The notes below the pieces were generated by a model. The model searched no databases, was not told where the DNA came from, and saw only the letters and a program-made list of their open reading frames with translations. A DNA stretch of 64,000 bases from Candidatus Hydrogenedentales bacterium. Lineage in GTDB: Bacteria; Hydrogenedentota; Hydrogenedentia; Hydrogenedentales; JAEUWI01. A program made the translations under genes and the position numbers. The stretch covers positions 5,402,198-5,466,197 of the forward strand of contig OW818658.1 of NCBI GenBank assembly GCA_942492815.1, read 5' to 3'. Within the stretch, counting starts at the first letter, position 1, and every line of letters begins with the position of its first letter. This document shows, in pieces, positions 28,146 to 38,542 of the stretch.

Positions 28146-31100
28146 ATGCATCGACGTCGTTCAACCTGGGTTTCGGGATTGGTGGCGGCCATAATGGCCC
28201 TCTCCGCGCCCGCCGAAGAACCCCTCCAGTATAACCGGGACATCCGCCCCATCCTCTCGAAGCATTGCTTCGCCTGCCACGGGCCCGATTCCGCCGCGCG
28301 CAAGGGGGAATTGCGGCTGGACCGGGCTGCGGATGCCCTGGCGGCAAAGGCGATTCTTCCCGGCGACGTTGCGGGCAGCGAGGCCATCGCGCGCATCTTC
28401 GCGAGCGACGCCGACGACCTGATGCCGCCGCCGAAAGCGAAGCTGGAACTCTCCGATGCGCAGAGGGAAACCCTGAAGCGCTGGGTCGCCGAGGGCGCGC
28501 AGTACGAGAAGCACTGGGCCTTCATCTCGCCGACGCAACACCCTGTGCCCGCCGTGGCCGATGCGCCCACGCCTGAGGATGCTTTCATCCGCGCGCGGTT
28601 GGTGGCGGAGGGCCTCTCGCCCGCGCCCGAAGCAAGCAAGGAGACCCTGATTCGCCGCGTGGCCTTCGACCTCACGGGCCTGCCGCCGACGCTCCCGGAG
28701 ATCGACGCCTTCCTGGCCGACTCGTCGCCCGTGGCCTATGAGACGATGGTGGACCATTTCCTGAATGGCCCGAACTACGCGGAGCACATGACGAACCAGT
28801 GGCTGGACGTGGCGCGCTACGCGGACACTTTCGGCTACCAGGCGGACCGTGACAGCACGGTATGGCCCTGGCGTGACTGGGTTATCCGCGCCTTCGATCA
28901 GAACATGCCCTACGACGAGTTCATCCGCGCCCAGATAGCGGGGGACCTGCTGCCGAACGCCACGCAGGACCAGCGCCTGGCCACGGCATTCAATCGTCTC
29001 CACCGACAGACGAACGAGGGCGGGAGCGTGCTAGAGGAGTTTCGTGTCAACTATGTGGCGGATCGCGCCGAAACCTTTGCCACGGCCTTTCTCGGCCTGA
29101 CGGTGGGCTGCGCGCGCTGTCACGATCACAAGTTCGATCCGGTCACGCAGGAGAATTACTTCCAGCTTTTCGCGTACTTCAACAATATCGACGAATCGGG
29201 CATGTATTCCCACTTCACGTCGCCCATTCCGTCGCCCAGCATGTTTGTTTATGGCGAAGGAGAAAAGGAGCGTCACGAAGCGCTCCGCGCCGCGATTTCA
29301 GGCAATGAAGGGGAAGTCGATCACGTGCGCACCGAAGCAACCGGGCGCTTCGAGGCGTGGCGGACCGATCCCAATCGCACGGCGCCATCGTCAGTGCCCG
29401 TGGTGGCTCTGCCACTGGACGCACAGGCCGAAGGCAAGACACGCAACATCGCGGCGGAGGGCAGCGAGGCCACCCTTTCCCGCGCACCCGAGAGCGTGCC
29501 GGGCCCCGAGGGCGGGGCGTTGCAGTTCAACGGCGACAACGGCCTGGATCTTCTGTCTGCGGCGGCGGCCTTCGACCGCCACCAGCCCTTCAGTTTCTCA
29601 CTGTGGCTGCGCACGCCGGATCTTGCCGCACGCTACGTGATCTTTCACAAGAGCATGGCGGCGGAAGACGCGGCCAATCGAGGCTACGAATTCTTACTGT
29701 TGGAAGGAAAGCCCACCTTCAGCCTCTGCCACTTCTGGCCCGGCAACGCGATCCAGGTGCAGGCCCCCGCGATTCCCGCGAACACGTGGACCCACTGCAC
29801 GATCACCTACGACGGCAGTTCCCGCGCCGACGGCGTCTCCATTTACATCGATGGCGCACCGGCCCCGCTGACCATCGTTCGCGACGGGCTTAAGAAGTCC
29901 ATCCTTTACGAATCCGAAGCGGACCCGGCCAAACCGCCACTGCAACTGGCCATGCGCTTCCGCGATGCCGGCTTCCAGGGCGGGCGCATCGACAGCTTCA
30001 AGGTTTTCAATCGGCGTCTGACCGAGTTGGAAGCGCTCACTCTGGCGGGCAAGACCAACCTGGCGGCGGAAGTGGATCGTCTGGCGGCGCTGTCCCAGCC
30101 CGACGAACGCCTTGTCGCCTACTACGCCGAAACATCGGATGAACCGCTCCGCGCGCAGTTGGCGGCCCTGGAGACGGCCCGGAAGGAAGAGGCGGATTTC
30201 GTCAACGGTGTGCGCGAGATCATGACGATGGAGGAGATGGCCGAGGTGCGCCCGGCCTACCGCCTGGAGCGCGGCGAGTACAACCACCGCGCCGAGGAGG
30301 TGCTGCCCGGCGTACCGGACGAGATCCTGCCCATGGATCCCGCGCTACCGCGCAACCGCCTGGGACTCGCGCAGTGGCTCACCGATCCCCGCAATCCCCT
30401 CACCGCGCGCGTGGCCGTGAACCGGCTCTGGCAGGATGTCTTCGGCCAGGGGCTCCTGAAGACCCAGGAAGATTTTGGCACGCGAAGTGTCCCGCCGACC
30501 TATCCGGAGTTGCTCGACAATCTCGCACTGGATTTTGTGGAATCCGGCTGGGACGTGAAGGCCCTGCTGAAAAAAATAGTGATGACGGCGGCCTATCGTC
30601 AGGATTCTACCGCGAGTCCGGCCCTGCTGGAGCGCGATCCCGACAATGCCCTGCTGGCGCGGGGTCCCAGCCACCGCATGAGCGCCGAGCAGATCCGCGA
30701 CAACGCCCTGGCGAGTGCGGGGCTGCTGGTGCTGAAGCAGGGCGGGCCCAGCGTGAAGCCTTATCAGCCCGAGGGCCTGTGGAAAGACGGGCCGACCTCG
30801 TCCTACAAGCCCGACACCGGCGAAGGGCTCTACCGGCGCAGTCTCTACACGTTTATCAAGCGCACCATGCCGCCCCCATCCCTGCTTACCTTCAACGCCA
30901 CGGGCCGGGAATACTGCATCGTGCGGCGTGAATCCACCATGACCCCGCTCCAGGCGCTGGTGCTGTTGAACGACCCGCAATACATCGAGGCCGCCCGCGT
31001 GCTCGCGACGGAAGCCCTGGCCGCGGACGGCGAAGGCTGGATCACCACCGTGTTTCGTCGCCTCACGAGCCGCGCGCCCGATGGTGAAGAGTTGCGCATC

Positions 31101-31280
31101 CTGTCGGAGGCATTCGACGAACAACGCAGTCATTTCGCGGGCGATCCCGAAAGCGCGAAGACCTATCTCGCCATCGGCGAAAAGCCCATGCCCGAAGGGG
31201 CCGATCCCGTCCAACTCGCGGCGGCCACGGCCCTGGCCCAGGCGATCATGAACCACGAGGAGTTTCAGGTAAAACAATGA
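28146..31280 (+). CDS. Planctomycete cytochrome c / DUF1549 / LamG / DUF1553 protein
   Basis: CFACH and CARCH heme-type motifs. Motifs LIRRVAFDLTGLPP, WLDVARYADT, NRLWQ..FG.GL, TPLQAL.LLND. Confidence 0.9.
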   Translation: MHRRRSTWVSGLVAAIMALSAPAEEPLQYNRDIRPILSKHCFACHGPDSAARKGELRLDRAADALAAKAILPGDVAGSEAIARIFASDADDLMPPPKAKLELSDAQRETLKRWVAEGAQYEKHWAFISPTQHPVPAVADAPTPEDAFIRARLVAEGLSPAPEASKETLIRRVAFDLTGLPPTLPEIDAFLADSSPVAYETMVDHFLNGPNYAEHMTNQWLDVARYADTFGYQADRDSTVWPWRDWVIRAFDQNMPYDEFIRAQIAGDLLPNATQDQRLATAFNRLHRQTNEGGSVLEEFRVNYVADRAETFATAFLGLTVGCARCHDHKFDPVTQENYFQLFAYFNNIDESGMYSHFTSPIPSPSMFVYGEGEKERHEALRAAISGNEGEVDHVRTEATGRFEAWRTDPNRTAPSSVPVVALPLDAQAEGKTRNIAAEGSEATLSRAPESVPGPEGGALQFNGDNGLDLLSAAAAFDRHQPFSFSLWLRTPDLAARYVIFHKSMAAEDAANRGYEFLLLEGKPTFSLCHFWPGNAIQVQAPAIPANTWTHCTITYDGSSRADGVSIYIDGAPAPLTIVRDGLKKSILYESEADPAKPPLQLAMRFRDAGFQGGRIDSFKVFNRRLTELEALTLAGKTNLAAEVDRLAALSQPDERLVAYYAETSDEPLRAQLAALETARKEEADFVNGVREIMTMEEMAEVRPAYRLERGEYNHRAEEVLPGVPDEILPMDPALPRNRLGLAQWLTDPRNPLTARVAVNRLWQDVFGQGLLKTQEDFGTRSVPPTYPELLDNLALDFVESGWDVKALLKKIVMTAAYRQDSTASPALLERDPDNALLARGPSHRMSAEQIRDNALASAGLLVLKQGGPSVKPYQPEGLWKDGPTSSYKPDTGEGLYRRSLYTFIKRTMPPPSLLTFNATGREYCIVRRESTMTPLQALVLLNDPQYIEAARVLATEALAADGEGWITTVFRRLTSRAPDGEELRILSEAFDEQRSHFAGDPESAKTYLAIGEKPMPEGADPVQLAAATALAQAIMNHEEFQVKQ

Positions 31281-32741
31281 ACACGCCCAACCCCCTCTGC
31301 ACCGGCTCCATCCCGCTTCTGGGCATGACGCGCCGCGAGTGCCTCAGCAAAGTCGGCATGGGCCTCGGTGCCCTCGCGCTTGGTCAACTGCTTCACACCG
31401 ACGCGGCCCGCGCGGCCGTGGCGGAAAACGCGCCCTCGCTGGCCTCGCCCCACTTCGCGCCCAAGGCCAAGCGGGTGATCTATTTGTTCCAGAGCGGTGG
31501 CCCCTCGCAATTGGAAACTTTCGACTACAAGCCCAGCCTCGTGAAGCACAACGGCGAGCAACTGCCCGACTCCGTGCGCGCGGGTCAGCGCCTTACGGGC
31601 ATGTCGGCGAATCAGGCCAGCCTGCCCATGGCGGGATCGATCTTCAACTTCGCCCAGCACGGCCAGAGCGGCGCGTGGTTGAGCGAACTGCTGCCCCACA
31701 CGGCGAAGGTGGCGGACGAGTTGTGCATCATTCGCTCCATGTACACCGAGGCGATCAACCACGATCCCGCGATCACCTTTTTGCAGACCGGATCGCAGCT
31801 TTCCGGACGGCCCTGCATCGGCTCGTGGCTAAGCTACGGCCTGGGTTCGGAGAACGACAACCTGCCCTCCTTCGTGGTATTGGTGACGAAGGACATGGGC
31901 GGCCAGCCGCTTTATTCGCGCCTCTGGGGCAATGGCTTCCTGCCCGGCGGCCCACCAGGGCGTGCGCTTTCGCTCGGGGAAGGACGCGGTGCTCTACCTG
32001 GAGAATCCCGAAGGCGTAAGCCGGGAAAGTCGCCGCAAGCTGCTGGACACGGTCAACGAATTGCACCTCCACAAGCAAGCCCAGCACAGCGACCCCGCAC
32101 TGGAGGCGCGCATTGCCCAGTATGAGATGGCCTTCCGCATGCAGGAGTCCGTGCCGGATGCGACGGACTTCTCCGACGAGCCGGAGCATATATTTGAGCT
32201 CTATGGCGAGGACGCACGGAACCCCGGTACCTATGCGGCGAATTGCTTGCTGGCGCGGCGGCTGGCCGAGCGTGGCGTGCGCTTCATCCAGCTTTATCAC
32301 CAGGACTGGGATCATCATGGCAACATTCCCGACGGCATGCGCAATATGACGAAGCTCACGGACCAGGGATCGGCGGCGCTAATCACGGATCTGAAGCAGC
32401 GCGGCATGCTCGACGACACGCTGGTGATCTGGGGCGGCGAGTTCGGGCGCACGAACTACTCTCAGGGCGAGCTGACGGCCACGAATTATGGTCGCGATCA
32501 CCATCCGCGCTGTTTCTCCATGTGGATGGCCGGCGGCGGCGCAAAGCCGGGCACGACCTACGGCGCGACGGACGAACTGGGCTACAACGTGGCGGAGAAC
32601 GGCGTACACGTCCACGACTTCCACGCAACGCTGCTGCACTTGCTGGGCATCGATCACAAACGGCTGACGTACGATTTTCAGGGGCGGGCCTTTAGATTGA
32701 CGGATGTGTTCGGGAATGTGGTGAAGGATGTGATCGCGTAG
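31277..32741 (+). pseudogene. DUF1501 (Tat-exported sulfatase-like) protein, frameshifted at about 31946
   Basis: Tat motif TRRECL and KRVIYLFQSGGPSQLE in the first frame. CLLARRLAERGVRF and GGEFGRT in the second frame. One extra base joins them. Confidence 0.85.
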
Positions 32742-32754
32742 GGAAGAGGAAGGA

Positions 32755-32897
32755 GATTGACCACGGAAGGGCACGGAATTTCACGGAAAATGGAAAATGG
32801 GAGTCTGCCCGTTAATGCAGTACCCATGGTCATTTTCCGATTCGCCTTCTTTTTTCCTCTTCCTTCCGTGAAATTCCGTGCCTTTCCGTGGTCAATC
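32755..32897. repeat. Inverted pair with 10-nt internal periodicity (CACGGAA x3)
   Basis: 32755-32788 vs reverse complement of 32864-32897, 33/34. A lone arm also occurs at 22730-22759. Confidence 0.85.
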
Positions 32898-32902
32898 CAC
32901 TT

Positions 32903-34135
32903 CTATTTTCCCAGCCACCAGGCGTCGATGCTCTTTGTTAATGCCTCCACGCGCTCGGGCTGCATTCCGGCCAGGTTTTCCTTCTCCCACGGATCGGCGG
33001 TGATGTTGTACAGTTCCGCCGTCTCCCCCGCTCGCGCGGGCAGGATCAGCTTCCAATCCCCGGCCACGGTCCAGCGATAGAACAAGCTTGCGGCGGGATT
33101 GTCGATATCCGCCAGGTCGTGACTGTAGATCTCGCCGAAGACCTGATCGCGACCCGCAGGCGGGCCCTGGAGCAGGCTCACGCCGGGCAATTCCGTTACC
33201 GGCGCAATCCCGCAGGCTTCCAGGATCGTGGGCACGATGTCGATGCTGCTCACGAGGGCGGTGTCATTGCGTGACGGCGCGATCTTCCCCGGCCAGTGGA
33301 AGATGATCGGGGTGCGGACGCCGCCGTCGTAAGGCGAGCGCTTGCTCTTGGGGGCGAAGCCGCGCTCGTTCTCATTCTGAATCCAGCCATTGTCCGTGAC
33401 GTAGACGACCAACGTGTTCTCCGCGACACCGCGCTGCTCCAGCAGGGTCATGAGTTCGCCGATGGTCTCGTCGAACCACTCGCACATGGCCCAATACTTC
33501 GCCACATACTCCGAGCGTCCCTCGACGCGGTATTTTGCCAGCAGGCGCTCCGGTGGCGTGTGGGGCTCGTGGGGCATGAACGGCGCATACCACAGGAAGA
33601 AAGGCTTCCCCGCCGTTTCGTCCAAGAAATTCGCGATGGGTGCCAGGCCTTCCCGACCGATCTTCAGGCCGTCGTCGCCATGGCGACCACCCCGGGCGAC
33701 GTCCCCGTGGGTCATGCCGTGGGTGAAGCCACCGCGGCTGGGCGCACCCTCCCACCATTTGCCGGACTGGTGGGAGACATAGCCGACCTCGCCCAATCGA
33801 TCCATCAATGTGGTGGCTGCATCGATATGCTTGAGCATGAGGTTGCGATCCACGCCCTTTACGGGGTCGTTCCCCGTGACCTTGTGTTGATGGGGGTAGC
33901 GCCCCGTGGCGAAGGTCATCAGGCTCGGTCGACACAGGCTGGTGGGCACATAACCCCGGGTGTACGTCATGCCTTCGGCGGCGAGCTTGTCGATGTGAGG
34001 CGTCTGGATGGCTTCATGGCCCATGAAGCTGTAGTCGCCCCAGGCCTGATCGTCGCTGAGGATGAGGACGACATTGGGCGGCGCGGCGAAGGAGAGTGCG
34101 GGTAGGAGGAGGAGGGCGAGGGCTAAGAGTCGCAT
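32903..34135 (-). CDS. Secreted sulfatase (S1 family) with variant signature CRPSL
   Basis: Signal peptide. Motifs NVVLILSDD, TPHIDKLA, GKWW, VYVTDNG, YDGGVRTP, DIVPT. Confidence 0.9.
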   Translation of the reverse strand: MRLLALALLLLPALSFAAPPNVVLILSDDQAWGDYSFMGHEAIQTPHIDKLAAEGMTYTRGYVPTSLCRPSLMTFATGRYPHQHKVTGNDPVKGVDRNLMLKHIDAATTLMDRLGEVGYVSHQSGKWWEGAPSRGGFTHGMTHGDVARGGRHGDDGLKIGREGLAPIANFLDETAGKPFFLWYAPFMPHEPHTPPERLLAKYRVEGRSEYVAKYWAMCEWFDETIGELMTLLEQRGVAENTLVVYVTDNGWIQNENERGFAPKSKRSPYDGGVRTPIIFHWPGKIAPSRNDTALVSSIDIVPTILEACGIAPVTELPGVSLLQGPPAGRDQVFGEIYSHDLADIDNPAASLFYRWTVAGDWKLILPARAGETAELYNITADPWEKENLAGMQPERVEALTKSIDAWWLGK

Positions 34136-34180
34136 GGGGTTTCCTTTCGTGTGCCGGGTGAACCTGCATGATAGCGGATG

Positions 34181-34317
34181 AATGGACAATTGACAATGGA
34201 CAATGGACAACTGGGAAAGACAGCAAAGACAAGATCGATCGTGTCCAGAGAAACCTCACCTGTCGGTTTTATACGCCCGGCTATCCGTTGTCCATTGTCA
34301 ATTGTCCATTGTCAATT
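34181..34317. repeat. Inverted pair of heptamer tandem arrays (AATGGAC/AATTGAC)
   Basis: 34181-34210 and the reverse-complement array at 34288-34317. Confidence 0.85.
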
Positions 34318-34395
34318 ACCACCTGCTACACTATCCTCCGGCCGGCGGGATGCCGGTGGGAATGATCCAACTTGCCTTAGAAAGTGTTTTCCACG

Positions 34396-35679
34396 ATGAA
34401 TCACACCAAATCCAAAGCGTTGTTTGCGGCGGCGAATCAGACCCTGGTGGGCGGGGTGAACAGCCCCGTCCGCGCGTTCAAGGGCGTGGGGGGCGAGCCC
34501 TTCTTTGTAAAATCGGGCAAGGGCGCCACGATCACGGACGTGGACAACAACGAATATATCGACTATGTGCTCTCCTGGGGCCCGCTGGTGCTGGGCCATG
34601 CGAGCGAAGTAATCGAGTCGGCGGTGCGCGATGCGCTTTCGCGCGGCGCGAGCTTCGGCATTCCCACGGAGGCGGAGATCCGCCTGGCGGAAAAGGTGGC
34701 GTCCATCGTGCCCTGCGTGCAGAAGCTGCGCCTTGTGAACAGCGGCACGGAGGCGACCATGAGTGCGATCCGTCTGGCGCGGGGCTACACGGGCCGCGAT
34801 CTGGTGGTGAAAATTGAAGGTTGCTATCACGGCCATGTGGACAGCCTGCTGGTGAAGGCGGGCAGCGGCCTCACGACACTGGGCGTGCCCACGAGTCCGG
34901 GCGTCCCCAAGGCCTATGCCGCGACGACGCTCACGATTCCCTACAACGATCTGGAGGCGGTGCGCACGGTGTTCGAAGAGCACGGCGAGCACATCGCCTG
35001 CCTTATTGTGGAGCCTGTAGCGGGCAATATGGGTGTGGTGCTGCCCGAGCCAGGTTATCTCGCCGGCTTGAAATCCTTCACGGAGCAATATGGTTCCCTG
35101 CTGATTTTCGACGAAGTGATGACGGGCTTTCGCGTGGCGCTGGGCGGCGCGCAGGAGCGCTATGGCGTCACCCCGGATCTTTGCGCGCTTGGCAAGGTCA
35201 TCGGCGGCGGATTGCCCGTGGGGGCTTATGGCGGTCCGGCGGAGATTATGGATAACCTGTCGCCCGTGGGTCCGGTGTATCAGGCGGGCACCCTTTCCGG
35301 GAATCCCCTGGCCACGGCGGCGGGTCTGGCGGCCCTGGGCGCGCTGTCGCAGCCCGGCGTGATCGACGGACTCGAAGCCCAGTTGACGCGCCTGAGCGAA
35401 GGCTTCGGCCAGATCGCGAAGGAGGCGGGCATCCCGATTTTCCAGACCCAGGCGGGCTCGATGGCGTGCATGTTCTTCCACGAAGGTCCCATCCGCAACT
35501 ACGAAGAGGCGACGAAATCCGACACCGCGCGTTACGCGAAGTTTTTCTGGGGCATGCTGGAGCGGGGTGTCTATTTCGCGCCGTCCCAGTATGAGGCGTG
35601 CTTCATGAGCACGGCCCACGAAGAAAGCCACATCGACCGGACGCTGGAAGCAGCCCGGGAAGTGTTCAAGGAACTGTAA
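34396..35679 (+). CDS. hemL: Glutamate-1-semialdehyde 2,1-aminomutase
   Basis: Motifs GGVNSPVRAF, VNSGTEATMSA, GCYHGH, FDEVMTGFR, GKVIGGGLP, YQAGTLSGNP. Confidence 0.97.
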   Translation: MNHTKSKALFAAANQTLVGGVNSPVRAFKGVGGEPFFVKSGKGATITDVDNNEYIDYVLSWGPLVLGHASEVIESAVRDALSRGASFGIPTEAEIRLAEKVASIVPCVQKLRLVNSGTEATMSAIRLARGYTGRDLVVKIEGCYHGHVDSLLVKAGSGLTTLGVPTSPGVPKAYAATTLTIPYNDLEAVRTVFEEHGEHIACLIVEPVAGNMGVVLPEPGYLAGLKSFTEQYGSLLIFDEVMTGFRVALGGAQERYGVTPDLCALGKVIGGGLPVGAYGGPAEIMDNLSPVGPVYQAGTLSGNPLATAAGLAALGALSQPGVIDGLEAQLTRLSEGFGQIAKEAGIPIFQTQAGSMACMFFHEGPIRNYEEATKSDTARYAKFFWGMLERGVYFAPSQYEACFMSTAHEESHIDRTLEAAREVFKEL

Positions 35680-35831
35680 GCAACGAAGGACCTAAAGGAC
35701 AAGAGGGACTTAAAGGACTTGATGGGCGATCGGTGGATGCGCTGCGAGCCCATTGGTCCCATAAGACCCATAAGACCCATCCGGGCCTGCCGCGAGCGCG
35801 CAGGCCCCGGTTTCAAAAGGAGAGTGCAATC

Positions 35832-37526
35832 ATGTCGTGGTGGACCAGTCTTGCAATCGTCGTTTTCGGCGCGGCCTCGGCCGTGGCCCAGTTGCCCGAA
35901 AAAACGGTGGTACTGACCTTTGATGATGCGGTGAAGTCCCATGTGGACTTTGTGGCACCTGCTCTGAAAGAACGTGGATTCGGGGCGACTTTCTTCATAT
36001 CCCAGCTCTGGATGAATGATACGGCCAATTTCCTTTCCTGGGACGACGTGGCGGCGATCAACGCCATGGGCTTCGAAATCGGCAACCACACCTGGACCCA
36101 CCTGGGCGTGGCGGGTCCGAAGTCAGCCGCCCTGCTGGAGGGCGAGCTCGCGCTGGTGGAGTATGCCTTGAAGAAGGTGGGCGTGCCCAAGCCGATTTCC
36201 TTTGCATGGCCGGGGAATTCGTACAGCATCGAGGGCGTGCAGGTGCTGGAAAAATGCGGCTACAAGATCGCGCGCCGGGGCATGCAGCCGGAAATGCCCT
36301 ATGGCCGGATCGAACTCGGCCCGCGTTATGAGCCCGACCGGCACCACCGCCTGCTCATCCCCACGACGGGCGACGCCTATCCCGATTGGACGCTGGAGCA
36401 CTTCAAGACTCTGGTGCATACCGGGAAACCGGGCCAACCGGTGATTCTCCAGTTTCACGGCGTGCCCGATGTAGCTCACCCCTGGGTGCACACGGACCCG
36501 GCGCGGTTTATCGAGTTCATGGACTATCTTAAGTCGGAAAACTTCAACGTGATTGCGCTGCGGGATCTCATTCCCTTGGCCGATGCCAATCCCGAGGCGA
36601 AAGGCATGCCCGCCGATCGCTATCCGCTTCCCAAAGACGGAATGCTCGCTCAGTCGCCGGAGGTGGCCGCAACCCGCGCCGATCTGCGCTACTGGCTGGA
36701 AAACATGCTGGTTCATCATGGCTACTCCTTTGAGGAGGCGGCCCAGGTGACCGGGTGGGATGTGGAGACCGTGACCCAGATTGCCGAGGCCGCGGCCTTC
36801 GGGCGTGAAACGCTGGAAGGGGCGCGCAAACCCGGCCTGAAGATCCTGCCCTACCCAGGCGGACGCCATCCGCGAATCGGATTTCTCGAAGGGGCCGTCG
36901 CGCCGCAGCGGGGCACCAAGGCCAGCATCTTCGCGCCGTGGGAGGGCGGCGGCTATGCCGTGCTCGATGTGCCGGAGGCCATCTGGCACCAGAAAGACCT
37001 GATCTATCTTGCCCACACCCACATCCCCACCTACTGGGACGCACAGAACGAGCGCATAGAAAACATCGACTGGACCCGCACGGAGACGGGCCTGTCACTG
37101 TCGCGCACGCTACCGAACAAGGTGTCCTTCGGGGTGAACCTCAGCGCAGCGGATACCACCGTCGATATCGAAATGTGGATCGAAAACGGGACCGATGCCG
37201 CGCTGACCGATCTGCGCGCCCAGGTCTGCCTGATGCTGAAGGACCTCGTGGGTTTTGAGGCCCAGACCAACGATAACAAGACCTTCGCCGACCCGGTCAC
37301 CACCGTGGGCAACGCCGACGGGACCCGCTGGTTGCTCATCGCCTTTGACCCGGTGGACCGCTGCTGGGGCAATGCGAAATGCCCCTGCGCCCACGTGGAT
37401 CCGCAGTTTCCGGACGCGGCGTCGGGCGAGCGGCAAGTGGTTCGTGGCCGTATCTGGTTTTATGAAGGGAAGCTGATCGAGACGCAGCAGAAAGCCGCCG
37501 AGTCGTGGGCCGCGGGTGCGCGCTGA
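35832..37526 (+). CDS. Secreted polysaccharide deacetylase-family protein with an additional C-terminal domain
   Basis: Signal peptide. Motifs VLTFDD, EIGNHTWTH, SFAWP, ILQFHGVPD. About 300 further residues unassigned. Confidence 0.75.
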   Translation: MSWWTSLAIVVFGAASAVAQLPEKTVVLTFDDAVKSHVDFVAPALKERGFGATFFISQLWMNDTANFLSWDDVAAINAMGFEIGNHTWTHLGVAGPKSAALLEGELALVEYALKKVGVPKPISFAWPGNSYSIEGVQVLEKCGYKIARRGMQPEMPYGRIELGPRYEPDRHHRLLIPTTGDAYPDWTLEHFKTLVHTGKPGQPVILQFHGVPDVAHPWVHTDPARFIEFMDYLKSENFNVIALRDLIPLADANPEAKGMPADRYPLPKDGMLAQSPEVAATRADLRYWLENMLVHHGYSFEEAAQVTGWDVETVTQIAEAAAFGRETLEGARKPGLKILPYPGGRHPRIGFLEGAVAPQRGTKASIFAPWEGGGYAVLDVPEAIWHQKDLIYLAHTHIPTYWDAQNERIENIDWTRTETGLSLSRTLPNKVSFGVNLSAADTTVDIEMWIENGTDAALTDLRAQVCLMLKDLVGFEAQTNDNKTFADPVTTVGNADGTRWLLIAFDPVDRCWGNAKCPCAHVDPQFPDAASGERQVVRGRIWFYEGKLIETQQKAAESWAAGAR

Positions 37527-37591
37527 GCCTGGGACAACAAGAATAGCGCGACAGCCTTGGAGCGTATTCCTTCAGAATTTTCGAGCGATAT

Positions 37592-37702
37592 GGTGGGGCT
37601 TTTCAGCCCCCGAGTTGTGGCAAGTTGCGCGGCAAGATTTGGTATTTCCTTCATGCGGCGGTGTCGCACGAAAAAGGGGGGGGCTGGAAAGCCCCCCTCC
37701 AC
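37592..37702. repeat. REP-like inverted pair (GGGGCTTTyCAGCCCCC hairpins)
   Basis: Hairpins at 37592-37611 and 37676-37702 in opposite orientation between convergent genes. Confidence 0.55.
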
Positions 37703-37756
37703 AATTGAGGCAACTCGGTAGCGAGTCATAAACTGGATTGTTGTTTACTACACCAT

Positions 37757-38542
37757 TCAGGCTGCGGAGTCGCGGAGGAAATCCTGGCTATACAAATCGG
37801 CCACGGAGTTGACCACGAGGTCGGGCCGATAGCCGTAGTGTTTCAGATCCTCCTCGCGGGTGCCGCCGGAGAGCACCAGGATCGTGCGATAGCCCATGTT
37901 CACGCCGCCGAGGATGTCGGTCTCCATGGTGTCGCCGATCATGGTGGTTTCGTCCGCGCTGAGGCCCAGGACCTTGCGGGCGGCGCGCATCATGATGGGG
38001 CTGGGCTTGCCCACACTGAAGGCCTTCACGCCCGTGGCCGCTTCCAGCATGGCGATGGTGGCGCCGCAGCCGGGGCGGATGCCGTTGGGCGTGGGGCAGC
38101 TCGGGTCCAGGTTGGTGGCGATGAGTTTCGCGCCGCCCTGGATAAAGTTGACCGCCGACTCAATGAGTTCCAGATTCAGCGTCCGCCCTTCGCCCACCAC
38201 CACGTAGTCCGGGTCGTGATCCACGATGGAATAGCCGTGATCGTGGAGGGCATTGAGGAGCCCGCCTTCGCCAATGACATAGGCCGTGCCATTTGGCTTC
38301 TGGTGCGCTAGAAACTGGGCCGTGGCCATGGCGCAGGTGAAGATGTGCTTCTCTTCCACGTCGAAGTCCCGGCGCTGGAGCTTGGTGGCCATGTCGCGGC
38401 GGGTGCGCTGGCTGTTGTTGGTCAGAAAGAGGAAGGGGATTTTCCGGGCGCGCAGGGCGGCGACGAATTCGACCGCGCCCTGGATCATTTCATTGCCGCG
38501 GTAGATCACGCCGTCCATGTCGATGAGAAAGCCTTGTTTCAT
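37757..38542 (-). CDS. HAD-IIA family hydrolase (NagD-like)
   Basis: Motifs DMDGV, LTNNS, GKPSP, IGDTMETDI, VLSG. Confidence 0.92.
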   Translation of the reverse strand: MKQGFLIDMDGVIYRGNEMIQGAVEFVAALRARKIPFLFLTNNSQRTRRDMATKLQRRDFDVEEKHIFTCAMATAQFLAHQKPNGTAYVIGEGGLLNALHDHGYSIVDHDPDYVVVGEGRTLNLELIESAVNFIQGGAKLIATNLDPSCPTPNGIRPGCGATIAMLEAATGVKAFSVGKPSPIMMRAARKVLGLSADETTMIGDTMETDILGGVNMGYRTILVLSGGTREEDLKHYGYRPDLVVNSVADLYSQDFLRDSAA

